A DNA stretch of 64,000 nucleotides from contig JBDRCD010000009.1 of NCBI GenBank assembly GCA_043822105.1, positions 67,098 through 131,097 on the forward strand. The letters are read 5' to 3'. The position numbers and the translations under genes are program-made. Each line of letters begins with the position of its first letter. Position 1 is the first letter of the stretch. The notes beneath the pieces are model-generated. The model saw only the letters and a program-made list of their open reading frames with translations, ran no database searches and was not told the DNA's origin. Source of the stretch: an archaeon. GTDB lineage: Archaea > Nanobdellota > Nanobdellia > Woesearchaeales > GCA-2686295. Below are positions 8,637 through 20,559 of this stretch, one piece after another.

Positions 8637-9766
8637 TTCTTCATAACATCAATTCCCGGTAGAGTTCCTTTTTGTATGAATTTCAAAGCAGCGCCACCGC
8701 CTGTAGAAATGTGAAAAAATTTATCTCTCAATCCAAGCTTATCTATGACTGCAGCGCTATCTCCACCACCTATTATTACTTTTGCTTTTAATTTTGAAAG
8801 AAACTTTGCAAGTTCATAGGTTGATTTTGCGAAAGGTTCAAACTCATACTTTCCCAGCGGTCCGTTCCAAAAAACGGTTTTTGCAGTCTGCAGCACTTTC
8901 TTAAAATCTTCAATGGTTTCCTCTCCCAAATCCAAACCCATCCATGTTTTAGGAATTTTATCAAAAGAAACAGTGATAAACTTTTCTTTATCATTGAGTT
9001 CAGGCGCGACAACAATATCTTTCGGCAACACCAATCTTTCATTGTTGGAAAGAATTCTTGCAGTAACAATCTGGTCTTCTTCATACAATGATTTTCCTAT
9101 TTCCAGACCTTTTGATTTGTAGAAAGAAAATATCATTGCGCCGCCCAGCAGTAACCTATCAACTTTTGGCAAAAGAGAGTTCAGAATTGGAAACTTTGTT
9201 GACAGCTTGCTTCCACCCATTATAACAACAAAGGGTTTGTTTACTTTTGTAAAATCAAGATTCTTTATTTCTTTTTCAACAAGAAGACCTACGCAGCTTG
9301 GCAGAAACTTCGGAATTCCAACAACCGATGCATGCTCTCTGTGACAGACTGCGAATGCATCATTTACAAATATATCTGCATGTGACGCTAGTTCTTTTGC
9401 AAACATTTCATCACATTCTTCTTCTGCCTTGTGAAATCGAAGATTTTCAAGCATGACAACTTTTTCATTTGGTGTTGGAACACCAATACAATCATCCAGT
9501 TTCATAACTCTTTTTCCAAGATATTTCATTAGTCTGAGAGCAACTTTGTCCATTGTAAGACTCTTAACTCTCCGACCTTCAGGTCTTCCAAGATGACTTA
9601 TTATTATGACCTGTTTTGCTTTTTTTAGAATGTATTTTATGGTCGGCAGACTCTGCTTTATTTTGAAATCATCAATTATGTTTCCGTCAAAATCAATAGG
9701 AACATTATAATCCACTCTTAGAAGAACTCTTGCGCCTGTAATATCAACCTGTTTTAGTGTTCTCAT
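8633..9766 (-). CDS. pgk: phosphoglycerate kinase
   Basis: N-terminal RVDYNVP motif; FxxSTGGGAAL hinge motif near the C-terminus; 377 aa. Confidence 0.9.
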   Translation of the reverse strand: MRTLKQVDITGARVLLRVDYNVPIDFDGNIIDDFKIKQSLPTIKYILKKAKQVIIISHLGRPEGRRVKSLTMDKVALRLMKYLGKRVMKLDDCIGVPTPNEKVVMLENLRFHKAEEECDEMFAKELASHADIFVNDAFAVCHREHASVVGIPKFLPSCVGLLVEKEIKNLDFTKVNKPFVVIMGGSKLSTKFPILNSLLPKVDRLLLGGAMIFSFYKSKGLEIGKSLYEEDQIVTARILSNNERLVLPKDIVVAPELNDKEKFITVSFDKIPKTWMGLDLGEETIEDFKKVLQTAKTVFWNGPLGKYEFEPFAKSTYELAKFLSKLKAKVIIGGGDSAAVIDKLGLRDKFFHISTGGGAALKFIQKGTLPGIDVMKN

Positions 9767-9800
9767 GGTATAAAAAAATGTAAATGGTTTAAAAAATTAA

Positions 9801-11041
<1,241 letters not shown>

Positions 11042-11226
11042 CCCTACTTAGGAACTTGTGTTTAAGAATATAAAAAGGTTTTGCTTTTATGATGGTTTTT
11101 CTGCACGAAAGAAGATATTAATATAGAAAAGAGGGAATAATCCTAAAGAATAAAGACTTGCCTCTTTTCCCCAGGTATTATTCCAAGAAAGGTTGATGGA
11201 AAGCGATTTATAAAGATTTTCAAAAA

Positions 11227-12279
11227 TTATTTTACAATATGCACAGTTCTTGTTGGAAAGGCCATATTTATTTTTGCTTTTTCAAACTGTTCTTTGATAT
11301 TCATATTAATCTCGTTTTTTACATTCAGAATTTCATCAAGAGCGGCAATCCAGTATATGACTGTGAAATTTAGGGAACTTTCTCCGAATTCTGTAAAACT
11401 AACAATTGTTTTATCAACTGTTTTTTTGTTTTTTATTACAACATCTTCAATAATCTTTTTTGCCTGTTCCATTTTTTTCATTGACGTGCTATATTCAACC
11501 CCAATTGTCATCTTAACTTTTCTGTGTTTTTCTTTTGACACGTTTTCAAGTATGGAATTTGAAATTATGGAGTTCGGCACGACCATTTGGAATCCGTCAA
11601 GAGTTTCCACTCGGGTTGATCTCAGTCCAATCTCTCTGACCCATCCGTCATGTCCTTCTACTTTGATTCTGTCTCCCAGTTTGAACGGCTTGTCAGTCAT
11701 TATGGCCACACCACCAAATAAGTTGGCGAGCATATCTTTGGCTGCAAGTGCAAAAGCAAGTCCGCCTATACCAAGTCCTGCTATAAGAGAAGTAATATCA
11801 TACCCAAAGTTGTCTACAATCATTATTATTGCAATCAATACTAAAACCGTTTTCATAATTTTTCTAATGAGTGGAACTAGCATGTCGTCAAGATCTGATT
11901 TTGATTTTGAAGCTGCAGGTGTTACAAAGTTTAAAATCAAACCATCAATGAATGAAATTATAAACCAAAAAACATCCATAATTATCAGTATTTCAATGGT
12001 GTTTCCTGCAGTGACTTCAAATGAAGCAGACAATGTTAAATTTTTAAGAGCTATTGTTAAACCAATTATGAATATTAAAAAAACCAGCGGTTTTTCTATT
12101 ACCTCAACAAGGATATCATCAAATTTGTTTGCACTTTTTTCTGCTCTTACTCTCAAAACTTTTTTGCTAATATAATAAATAATTCGACCAACAATTACTG
12201 CACCTATTATTATAGCAAAGAATATCAAGTATTGAAATACTGTGTTTCCAAAGTAAGTTGTATCTAAACCAAACGTCAT
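11227..12279 (-). CDS. mscS: small-conductance mechanosensitive channel (MscS family)
   Basis: N-terminal TM helices, then a beta-domain region (FKLGDRIKVEGHDGWVREIGLRSTRVETLDGFQMVVPNS) typical of MscS. Confidence 0.75.
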   Translation of the reverse strand: MTFGLDTTYFGNTVFQYLIFFAIIIGAVIVGRIIYYISKKVLRVRAEKSANKFDDILVEVIEKPLVFLIFIIGLTIALKNLTLSASFEVTAGNTIEILIIMDVFWFIISFIDGLILNFVTPAASKSKSDLDDMLVPLIRKIMKTVLVLIAIIMIVDNFGYDITSLIAGLGIGGLAFALAAKDMLANLFGGVAIMTDKPFKLGDRIKVEGHDGWVREIGLRSTRVETLDGFQMVVPNSIISNSILENVSKEKHRKVKMTIGVEYSTSMKKMEQAKKIIEDVVIKNKKTVDKTIVSFTEFGESSLNFTVIYWIAALDEILNVKNEINMNIKEQFEKAKINMAFPTRTVHIVK

Positions 12280-12338
12280 AAAAACTTTTTAAACAAGACT
12301 ATTTATATTTTTTATGGTATTTAGTAATATAAAAAAAA

Positions 12339-12830
12339 TTATTTTTTGATTTTCTTGTAGGCTACAAACATAACCAACAAAATTTCTATCAGAAGTATTA
12401 TTGGCTTGATTATTCTGTGTGCATCGCTGAAAAAATCTGCTGTAGCTATAAATATTGCTGCAAGACCGCCTATCATGAATCCTGTTAGTAACCATTCTTT
12501 CAGAGAATCTTTCTTGAAAGGAAGATAAATGCTCAGGATAACTGCTGCAAGACCTATAACGCTTGTTATTAGAAATCTGAAGAATCTGTAATCTTTCATG
12601 GCAAGGTCATATTCTGTTTGGCACTCTGTATATTTTTCTTGCTCAATTATCCTTTCTTCATCAGTTTGATTTATTGGTTTGATCACAGGTTCATTTCCAT
12701 AGTCATCATAGTATCTGCAGTATTCAGGTCTTTCATACAATGCATCTATGAAACTGAATATAAAAAATGCAAAGAGTATTGCAATGGTTGATATTACGGC
12801 TACTTTTTTTATGTTTATCATTTTTATCAC
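12339..12830 (-). CDS. hypothetical membrane protein
   Basis: N-terminal TM, a loop with paired Cys residues, and two more TM segments. Confidence 0.4.
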   Translation of the reverse strand: MIKMINIKKVAVISTIAILFAFFIFSFIDALYERPEYCRYYDDYGNEPVIKPINQTDEERIIEQEKYTECQTEYDLAMKDYRFFRFLITSVIGLAAVILSIYLPFKKDSLKEWLLTGFMIGGLAAIFIATADFFSDAHRIIKPIILLIEILLVMFVAYKKIKK

Positions 12831-14015
12831 CTATTTTTTCACATATAGACTTTTTTCATACAGTTTGAAAACTTTTTGCAAATCTTTTTCTTCAACCTTG
12901 GTTCTTAGTTCAATTCTCGCCGAAGCTTTTGCAAGTCTCATCAGACCAAGTATGAGCCTTGGGCTTACTTCTATTAGGAATTTGTGTTCATCTTTTTTTA
13001 GTTTTGTTGCAAATTCAACAACTTTTTTCTTTAGCTTCTCATCGAAAGTCACTTCAATCATGTGTGAGAATTCAATATAGTCTCTTATGAATAAAGCATC
13101 ATTTATCTCAATGTTTTTTTCTCTTTGACCGACGATTTTATTTGCAATGTTTATGAACTGTTGTGTGTTTGGTCTTCTTACAAAAAATACCAGATGAAAT
13201 CTTGATAGTAGCGCAGGATCGAAGGGTATCTGTTTCAGCCAGGTTTCAGTTGTTCTGCCGACAAATTTATCTCCTTTCGGGTTTGCAGTTGCAAGCAGTC
13301 TGATGTTTGCATCGAGTTTTACATGATTGTTTCCTTTGTTGTATGTGATGAACCCTTTCTCCATTGCGTTTAGCAGCGAACCTCTGTCTCTTGTTCTCAT
13401 TAAATTTAGCTCATCAACACAGCAGATTCCATTGTTTGCCATTAGCAGCAATCCTTTTATCATTTCCTTTCCTTTAAAAGTGACTGTGAGACCTGCTGCA
13501 CTTGTTCCGGATCCCAAACCATAGGAAGATATTGGTGCCAGATCATTTATTGCTCTGAGAATATCTGTTTTACCCGTGCTTGGATCTCCGAGAAGCAGCA
13601 AATGGACTTTGTCTGTTGAGAACAGCTGTAGCATAGCCGATTCTTTAATCTCTTCCATTCCAATTATGTGTGGGGCTATGAACTTTCTGATTTTGTCATC
13701 AGCCACCTGTGAGAATTCTTCGTACTTTTTCCGTCTGGCTTCTTCTTCTAAAATATCGTTCCATACTTTTGTGAGTTTCACGACTTCTGCGTCTTCGACG
13801 GCCGGATTTAGAGTTGGATAGTGTTCATCTTCAATGAGCTTACTTGAAACTTTAAATGAGGAATAGGTTATTCCAATTTTTTCTAGTTTCAAAAGTCGTT
13901 TGATCTTTTTGAAATCATGTATTTCAAAATAGGGTCTAATGTTGTTTAGATTTATTTTATCCCTTCTTGAAAATGGAAATAAAAGTTTTAGTAGTGACAT
14001 ATCCCCTCGTTTCAT
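12831..14015 (-). CDS. N-terminally truncated MCM-family AAA+ ATPase (AAA+ core and lid only)
   Basis: Pre-sensor IIGMEEIKESAMLQLFS; Walker A GDPSTGKT; Walker B CCVDELN; NAMEKG...ATANP; DPALLSRFHLVFFV (arginine finger); VSPRLILGLMRLAKASARIEL. These line up with MCM motifs in order. The N-terminus is only ~115 aa and lacks a Zn finger or OB fold. Confidence 0.6.
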   Translation of the reverse strand: MKRGDMSLLKLLFPFSRRDKINLNNIRPYFEIHDFKKIKRLLKLEKIGITYSSFKVSSKLIEDEHYPTLNPAVEDAEVVKLTKVWNDILEEEARRKKYEEFSQVADDKIRKFIAPHIIGMEEIKESAMLQLFSTDKVHLLLLGDPSTGKTDILRAINDLAPISSYGLGSGTSAAGLTVTFKGKEMIKGLLLMANNGICCVDELNLMRTRDRGSLLNAMEKGFITYNKGNNHVKLDANIRLLATANPKGDKFVGRTTETWLKQIPFDPALLSRFHLVFFVRRPNTQQFINIANKIVGQREKNIEINDALFIRDYIEFSHMIEVTFDEKLKKKVVEFATKLKKDEHKFLIEVSPRLILGLMRLAKASARIELRTKVEEKDLQKVFKLYEKSLYVKK

Positions 14016-14147
14016 AATAATTACTTAGAACATATAAAGTTTTCGGGATTAAGTGATTAATATACATTTTTCCTCTCATTTTCCAAAACCTTTTTATATA
14101 CACAACTCTATACTGAGATAGGGGGATAAGTAAAAGTATATCTATTT

Positions 14148-14426
14148 TTGAAAATGGATGACACTGATTTTGACAGACTAATGGAAATCCAAAGGATGAC
14201 TGCCTCAAGCATCAGGCAGGAATCTGAAGTAGACAACAAAATAAAAATTCTTAATATTTTGAATGATATGACAACTTCTAAAAGCAAAAAAATACAGGTT
14301 GAAGAGGTAATTATTGAGGCTGGAATTCAAGGCCTTGGCGAAGCAGAAGTTATGGCTACACTTGATGCCTTGAAATCTGACGGGATGCTTAAAGAACCTG
14401 AAGTTGGCTATGTTCAACTAATCTAA
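14148..14426 (+). CDS. hypothetical small protein, possibly winged-helix DNA-binding
   Basis: 92 aa; helix-turn-helix-like segment then a wing-like ...KSDGMLKEPEVGYVQL; transcribed divergently from the MCM-like gene. Confidence 0.3.
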   Translation: MKMDDTDFDRLMEIQRMTASSIRQESEVDNKIKILNILNDMTTSKSKKIQVEEVIIEAGIQGLGEAEVMATLDALKSDGMLKEPEVGYVQLI

Positions 14427-14461
14427 AATATAGTTTCTAAAATATGTGTTTAAGTATACAT

Positions 14462-16762
14462 TCAATATCCAGACAATGTCTTCTGAGAACTATTCTTAAT
14501 AATATCATCAAAATTTGTATCATAAAATAAAAGAACAGAATCTGCAAGAGGTTTTACTTGTTTTTCAATGTAATGGTCATAGTCAATAATACTTTTTAGA
14601 AGCTCAAGAGGCTCAGGGCCATTAATTGTCTGTATATATTCAATGATGTTGCTCTTCAGTTCTTTAAGCATTCTTGCGGCTTTTACATGCGGAGGAGTTG
14701 TCTTAACATATTCACTCAACTTTTTGGTGATGGATTTTCTATAGATTAGAAGGTCATCGTATTTACCTTTTCTTAGGTCTTTAACGAAAGTTTGTACATA
14801 CTTCGCAACTTCTTTTTTTTCGAAAACCATTTTCAATAACTCAAACTGAAATTTTTTTGCGAGTTCAGTCCAGTCACTTCGAACAAATTCCAAGCCAACA
14901 AAGTCCATCTTTTCTTTACCGTCTTTTATTATGAGACCCGCATATCTTTTTTTTGAACCAACATCGCTTCCTCTGGCTTTAGGCATTAGGAATCGCTTAT
15001 AGATTTTCTCAAACTCCAGTTCAAGATAGTTTTCGCAGCCATACCCTTTTTTTATTTGTTCCTTGAAGAAATCATTGATGTCTTTCTGAATTTTCAGACC
15101 TTTCTTTTCAGCATCTTCTTCTGAATTTACATTTAGATTCACAAATATACTGTCTGTGTCACCGTATATAACCTCAAAGCCATTTTCTTCAATCTTTTTT
15201 GCAGTTAATTTTATCAGGTGCTGTCCAAAATATGTTATGGCATTTGCAACATCGTTGCTGTGAAATCTGAAAACAGGATTGGCCATAACTCCAAACATTG
15301 AATTCATAAGAATTTTAATGGCATAACTTGCAGTAAGGTCATTTTTCTTTTTCATCTCATCTCTTGCAGCCCAAAGCATTTCAATCATATCCGAGAGAAT
15401 GCCTTTTTCTTTTCTAAAGCAGGCACCATTTGGAGCCTTGATGAGATTCTTGCCTTTGCAATCAGGAACATGAGTGAATGGATCTATGTTAAAAGTTCTT
15501 ATGATGCTTGGATATAGGCTTTTGAAGTCACAAACAATTACATAGTCATAGATGCCTGGCTTTGATTTCATTACATATCCGCCTTTTATTCTTTCTTCTC
15601 TGTCACTAAAATTTGCAGAAGGAGCAACGTATCCTTTTTTTCTTAATTCTCTTAGATATAATGAGTCAAAAGCAGATATGCTGCCTTTTACCCTGTCAAG
15701 TTGAATGCCTGTCAGAAGTGATCTTTTCAAAGTAAGATTCAAAACACCTGTTTTATCTAGAATGTCCAAAACCATCTGCGAATCATTAAGATTATAATCA
15801 GCAAGTTTTTGAGGGTTATTCTTGAAAGCAAGTTCTATCTCTTCACCTTTATTTTTTGAACCAATAAGTTTTTTTTCGCCAAGGAATTTTTTTGCTGCAG
15901 TGTCAAGCTTATAATCCTGAAGTTTGATATGGGAGCTTTTTAGAAGATGTATTCCATCAAGAATAATTCTTCCAGGAATATTTGCAGATGAATCTCTAAA
16001 AAAAGATTCTTGCAATTTTACGACGCAGTTATCATCAATCCTACCTATTCTGAAATTCATTCCATGCTGCTTGAATTTTTCACTTAGTTTATAAAAATCA
16101 AAATCAATAACATTCCAACCTGTGATGATATCAGGATCCAGTTCCAAAACTATTTCTTGAAACTTGTCGAGCAGGTCTTTCTCAGTTTTTACAGAGATGC
16201 AATTCTTTAATTTTTTATCAGATCTAATAATTACTTTTTTGTAATCTTCACAAACAAAAGAAACAGAGTAAAATTCTTTGGCATATCTGTCGCTTTCTAT
16301 ATCAATTGACAGAGTTTTCAGCTTTGGCTCCCAATCAGCAGGTATCAGTTTTGGTTCTTCATAAACTCTGTCAACGAGCTTGCTCTTTTCAAAGTCACCT
16401 TTAATTTCAACGGTTCCCTTTATGCCAAGATCCATCATATAACGATAGACAAATCTTATGTCTGCTTCAAACGCAACTATATCTTTTTCATGAAGCTTTT
16501 TTCTAAGTTCAACAACCTGTTTAGGAATGTCGAGAGTTATTTTCACGACTTCTTTTCCTTCAAAGTTTTTCAGGATTGTATCTTCATGCTCAAATTCCTC
16601 GATTTTCAAAGCTTTTTTCAAATCAGACTTTTTGATATAGAAATAGGGTCTGAAAACATTCTTTGTCAGAAATGACTCTCCATTCTCAAGTCTGCCGAAA
16701 AGATAGACAACCGCCTCATCATTTTTCACACGATAGGTCGGATAAACGATATAACCCCTCAT
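14462..16762 (-). CDS. polB: family-B DNA polymerase
   Basis: Exo I LSIDIESD; Exo II NVIDFDFYKL; Pol A DFKSLYPSII; Pol C YGDTDS; 766 aa. Confidence 0.9.
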   Translation of the reverse strand: MRGYIVYPTYRVKNDEAVVYLFGRLENGESFLTKNVFRPYFYIKKSDLKKALKIEEFEHEDTILKNFEGKEVVKITLDIPKQVVELRKKLHEKDIVAFEADIRFVYRYMMDLGIKGTVEIKGDFEKSKLVDRVYEEPKLIPADWEPKLKTLSIDIESDRYAKEFYSVSFVCEDYKKVIIRSDKKLKNCISVKTEKDLLDKFQEIVLELDPDIITGWNVIDFDFYKLSEKFKQHGMNFRIGRIDDNCVVKLQESFFRDSSANIPGRIILDGIHLLKSSHIKLQDYKLDTAAKKFLGEKKLIGSKNKGEEIELAFKNNPQKLADYNLNDSQMVLDILDKTGVLNLTLKRSLLTGIQLDRVKGSISAFDSLYLRELRKKGYVAPSANFSDREERIKGGYVMKSKPGIYDYVIVCDFKSLYPSIIRTFNIDPFTHVPDCKGKNLIKAPNGACFRKEKGILSDMIEMLWAARDEMKKKNDLTASYAIKILMNSMFGVMANPVFRFHSNDVANAITYFGQHLIKLTAKKIEENGFEVIYGDTDSIFVNLNVNSEEDAEKKGLKIQKDINDFFKEQIKKGYGCENYLELEFEKIYKRFLMPKARGSDVGSKKRYAGLIIKDGKEKMDFVGLEFVRSDWTELAKKFQFELLKMVFEKKEVAKYVQTFVKDLRKGKYDDLLIYRKSITKKLSEYVKTTPPHVKAARMLKELKSNIIEYIQTINGPEPLELLKSIIDYDHYIEKQVKPLADSVLLFYDTNFDDIIKNSSQKTLSGY

Positions 16763-16835
16763 AATAATATAGAAGAACAGGAGTTATTTAAAGTTAGTGG
16801 ATAACTTTATATATATTCAATTCTAACTATTTTTC

Positions 16836-18599
16836 ATGGCAAACCGAATTATGATTGTGAAAAAAGAGAAATGCAACCCAGAAGGTTGTGGTGACTATCT
16901 TTGTATTAGAGTCAGCCCCAGCAATCGTGCTGGAAAGGAAGCAATATATAAGTCTGCGGATGGAAAAGTTGCTGTCAATGAAGAAGTAATCACAGACGGA
17001 GACAGAATAGCAGCCAATAAATGTCCTTTTCATGCTCTAGAAATGATAAAACTGCCGGAAGAACTGCACAAAGATCCAATTCACAGATACGGAAAGAATG
17101 GCTTTGCTCTTTACAATTTGCCAACACCAATATTTGGAAAAGTTGTAGGTATAATTGGAAGAAATGGTATCGGAAAATCAACGGCTGTAAAAATTTTGGC
17201 CGATGTTTTAAAGCCAAATCTTGGAAGACTAGAAGAAGAATCCTATGAAGCCAGTCATGAAGAACTCATTGAATATTTTAAAGGAACCGAAGCACAGGCG
17301 TTTTTTGAAAAGAGAAAAAAAGGCAATATAAAAATTGCCTACAAGCCCCAGCAGGTTGATATTATTCCAAGAGAGTTTTCAGGAACCGTAAAAGAATTAC
17401 TGGTTAAGGTTGACGAGAAAAAAGAGCTTGACAAGATATCTGAACAGCTGGAACTGACAAAGTTTCTAGACCACAAAATCGGAGACATATCCGGTGGTGA
17501 GCTTCAAAGGGTTGCAATTGCAGCAACGGTTCTGAAGAAAGCCAACGTTTATTTCTTTGACGAACCAGCATCCTACCTTGACATAAAACAAAGACTGAAA
17601 GTTTCCAAGTTTATCAGAGAACTTGCAACTGAAGACACCGCAGTAATGGTTATTGAGCATGATATGATAATTCTTGACTACATGACAGATCTTGTTCATC
17701 TCATGTACGGAAAAGAAGGAGCATTTGGAGTTGTTTCAATGGTTAAAACAACAAAAGCAGGAATTAATGTTTATCTTTCAGGATACCTGAAAGAAGAAAA
17801 CGTGAGGTTCAGAAGCAACCACATCAAATTCCTGAAAAAGCCGCCTCTAAAAAAGAGGCCTGAATATGAGATGGTTCAGTGGAACCAGCTAGAACACAGG
17901 CAGGGAACTTTCAATCTGGAGGTCAATAAAGGAATACTATACAGAGGAGAAACAGTCGGAATAGTTGGAGAAAATGGGATTGGAAAAACAACCTTTGTAA
18001 AAATTCTTGCAGGTGAAATAAAAACCAAGGATGAAATCAAAGAGTTAAAGATTGCCTATAAGCCACAGTACATCGAAGCAGGTGATGAACTGGTTGCAAT
18101 GGTTCTAAGAAGAGCGATGCAAAAATACAGCACAATGATAATTGATCCGTTAAATCTCAAGGATTTCATGAATAGAAAAATGAATGAACTCAGTGGTGGA
18201 GAGCTTCAAAGAGTAATGATTGCTAAATGTCTTTCAGAAGACTCTGATTTGATACTTATGGACGAACCATCGGCGTATCTTGACGTTGAACAAAGACTTG
18301 AGATTTCCAAAGTGATTAAGGATGTCATGGAACATACAGGCAAATCCGCACTAATTGTTGACCACGATTTATTATTTATTGACTATCTATCCGACCAGCT
18401 CATTGTTTTTGACGGAGAACCTGCAATCAAAGGATTGGTCAACGGTCCTTTTGATATGGAAGAAGGAATGAACAGATTCTTGAAAGACTTGAAATTAACT
18501 TTTAGAAGAGATGAAGAAAACAACAGGCCAAGAGCCAACAAAGTTGACTCTCAGCTTGACAGAGAACAAAAAAGTAAAGGGAAACTTTACTATGTGTAA
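16836..18599 (+). CDS. abce1: ABCE1 / RNase L inhibitor ribosome-recycling ATPase
   Basis: N-terminal Fe-S cluster Cys motifs (CNPEGC...CPFHAL); two ABC cassettes each with Walker A (GIIGRNGIGKST / GIVGENGIGKTT) and signature (LSGGELQRVAIA / LSGGELQRVMIA). Confidence 0.9.
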   Translation: MANRIMIVKKEKCNPEGCGDYLCIRVSPSNRAGKEAIYKSADGKVAVNEEVITDGDRIAANKCPFHALEMIKLPEELHKDPIHRYGKNGFALYNLPTPIFGKVVGIIGRNGIGKSTAVKILADVLKPNLGRLEEESYEASHEELIEYFKGTEAQAFFEKRKKGNIKIAYKPQQVDIIPREFSGTVKELLVKVDEKKELDKISEQLELTKFLDHKIGDISGGELQRVAIAATVLKKANVYFFDEPASYLDIKQRLKVSKFIRELATEDTAVMVIEHDMIILDYMTDLVHLMYGKEGAFGVVSMVKTTKAGINVYLSGYLKEENVRFRSNHIKFLKKPPLKKRPEYEMVQWNQLEHRQGTFNLEVNKGILYRGETVGIVGENGIGKTTFVKILAGEIKTKDEIKELKIAYKPQYIEAGDELVAMVLRRAMQKYSTMIIDPLNLKDFMNRKMNELSGGELQRVMIAKCLSEDSDLILMDEPSAYLDVEQRLEISKVIKDVMEHTGKSALIVDHDLLFIDYLSDQLIVFDGEPAIKGLVNGPFDMEEGMNRFLKDLKLTFRRDEENNRPRANKVDSQLDREQKSKGKLYYV

Positions 18600-19834
18600 C
18601 CCTTTATCATTATCTCTCCATTATAACTTCCGGATTTCAAACCCTGTTCAGTTGTTATCCTGAAAGAAACCTCCAGTTCTGTTCCTTTTTCTAATATAGC
18701 TATGTCTTGATAATTGCTTGTAAGGATTTTACTTGTGGTGAAGTTACTGGAAGAATACTCTATGCTGTTCAATGATATTGTTTCAACACCATTGACAATA
18801 TCAGTTCCTTTGACTTTCAGAAGAACATCTTCATTACCAAGGTTTTTCACAGTCACTTTTTGCGTGCCTGTGTCTCCGCCAACCATTTGAAATCCAAGTG
18901 TTGTTTCTGATTTTATATAAGCAAGACTTTCATAGTCAAAACCAGTGCTCTTTGAAGTTTCATTGTTCACAACTGCAACCAGCTCATAGGTTTTCGCTTC
19001 CTGATAGTATTCCATTGAAACATTGCCTCTGAAAATTGCACTTGTACTGTTGTCGATTGTTTTTTCTGCTGTAAACTCTTCACCATCAACAACAAACTTC
19101 ACTGTTCCAATGTCTTCAAAACCATCCTGATCAAACACTTCAACTTCCACTTCGAAAACTCTTGTTTCTCCGGGAAGTGGTTTTATCTGGATGCCTGGTT
19201 CAGTTGAATTATCGTCGACAAGTATTTTTACTCTTTTGATTTCAGAATAACTATTGGTTATGTTAACTGTAACGTCAATTATTATTTCTAGTGGTTTCAA
19301 TTCTTTGAAAAAAACAGGTGTTCCTGCAGTGAAATCTGCAGAGTTATCATTTGTATCCTGAAAATTTACTCTTCTGAGACTTTCTCCTTCTGCAGTGCCT
19401 TGATGGGGTGTACCCTCATACAGTGTTCCATCAAAGTTGCTTGGATTTCCCCAACCAACTGCGTCAACAACTGTTTCTCCATTCATAAGAGCAATTCCAG
19501 AGTCTGTGTTTGACATGGTTATCGATTCTTCGTGATAAGGATCCGGCCAGGAAGAATCATCCTTGTTTAGGCTAAAACCACTGTCTGCTATCAACAGGAA
19601 TCCTCCTGGCAAGATTGAGGTGTCGGGGGGTAAAGTGAGATCTGATGTAGAAGTTTTTGTGGCAAGAGTCCACTGGGAAATATCAATAGTAGAATTTCCA
19701 TTGTTATGGAGAACCACTGCTTCTCCGCCATTTTCTGAGTTTATAGGGTCATACAAAACTTCTGCAATCATTATGTCTGCAAATACTGGTTGCAAGACAA
19801 ACAATGTTAAAATTAAAATAATAATTTTCTTCAT
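18590..19834 (-). CDS. secreted protein with an N-terminal lamin-tail domain and beta-rich repeats
   Basis: Signal peptide. Lamin-tail-domain signature IMIAEVLYDP...GEAVVLHNNGNSTIDISQWTL...GGFLLIAD. The rest is rich in Thr, Asn and Val. Confidence 0.5.
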   Translation of the reverse strand: MKKIIILILTLFVLQPVFADIMIAEVLYDPINSENGGEAVVLHNNGNSTIDISQWTLATKTSTSDLTLPPDTSILPGGFLLIADSGFSLNKDDSSWPDPYHEESITMSNTDSGIALMNGETVVDAVGWGNPSNFDGTLYEGTPHQGTAEGESLRRVNFQDTNDNSADFTAGTPVFFKELKPLEIIIDVTVNITNSYSEIKRVKILVDDNSTEPGIQIKPLPGETRVFEVEVEVFDQDGFEDIGTVKFVVDGEEFTAEKTIDNSTSAIFRGNVSMEYYQEAKTYELVAVVNNETSKSTGFDYESLAYIKSETTLGFQMVGGDTGTQKVTVKNLGNEDVLLKVKGTDIVNGVETISLNSIEYSSSNFTTSKILTSNYQDIAILEKGTELEVSFRITTEQGLKSGSYNGEIMIKGYT

Positions 19835-19932
19835 ATTATCACCTTTTTCTTCAATCGAAACATTTTTTATTCAGAGCAACTCTTTAATAACAATTTCTCA
19901 ATAATTTTCGGAATAATTTCGGGGTTGTCGTA

Positions 19933-20559
19933 ATGAAAAGATTAGAATTGGTTGTTTCAACGTTAATGGAAATCTTTCTGATGGTTGTAATTGTTCTGAT
20001 TCCTTTAAGATTAACTCTTTTCAACGAGGATTATTATCATTCGCAGTTTGAAAAGAACAAGGTTTACTCGGATGTTGAAAATGCGGATGAAGTGCTGCAT
20101 AATCTTCTGAATTTTTTTAGAGGAAAAGAAGAACTTGTTTATTTTGAAGAAGATGAACAGTTGCATCTTGAGGATGTGAGGAGTTTGTTGAATAAGTTCT
20201 TTTTTGCACTTTATTTTTCGGTCTTCATGACTTTTCTGCTTGTTGTTGCTCTGTTCTTTCTTTTCACAGAGGATTTCAGAACAGATGTTTTCAAGATATT
20301 TTTCTTGGCAGGACTTAGCTCATTTGCATTGATTGCTCTGCTGTTTTTGGTATCGCTTAATTTTTCAATGACTTTTGAAGGTTTTCACCTGTTATTTTTT
20401 CCTCAGGGAAACTATACTTTTGCAGAAACCTCTCTTTTGATAACCATGTTTCCGGCGGTGTTTTTCAAATCTTTTTTTACAAAGCTTTTGCTTGGTTCTG
20501 TAATTATTTCTTTCATAGCCATGGCTCCACAGATAATTAAGAATAAAAGAAAGAAATAA
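19933..20559 (+). CDS. hypothetical membrane protein
   Basis: Multiple TM helices; no motif. Confidence 0.4.
   Translation: MKRLELVVSTLMEIFLMVVIVLIPLRLTLFNEDYYHSQFEKNKVYSDVENADEVLHNLLNFFRGKEELVYFEEDEQLHLEDVRSLLNKFFFALYFSVFMTFLLVVALFFLFTEDFRTDVFKIFFLAGLSSFALIALLFLVSLNFSMTFEGFHLLFFPQGNYTFAETSLLITMFPAVFFKSFFTKLLLGSVIISFIAMAPQIIKNKRKK

Noticed and set aside
11294-12175. 293-aa ORF on the + strand
   Set aside because: It is fully antisense to the well-supported MscS channel gene. The sequence is low-complexity and Ser/Ile-rich with no motif, so it is a typical shadow ORF.
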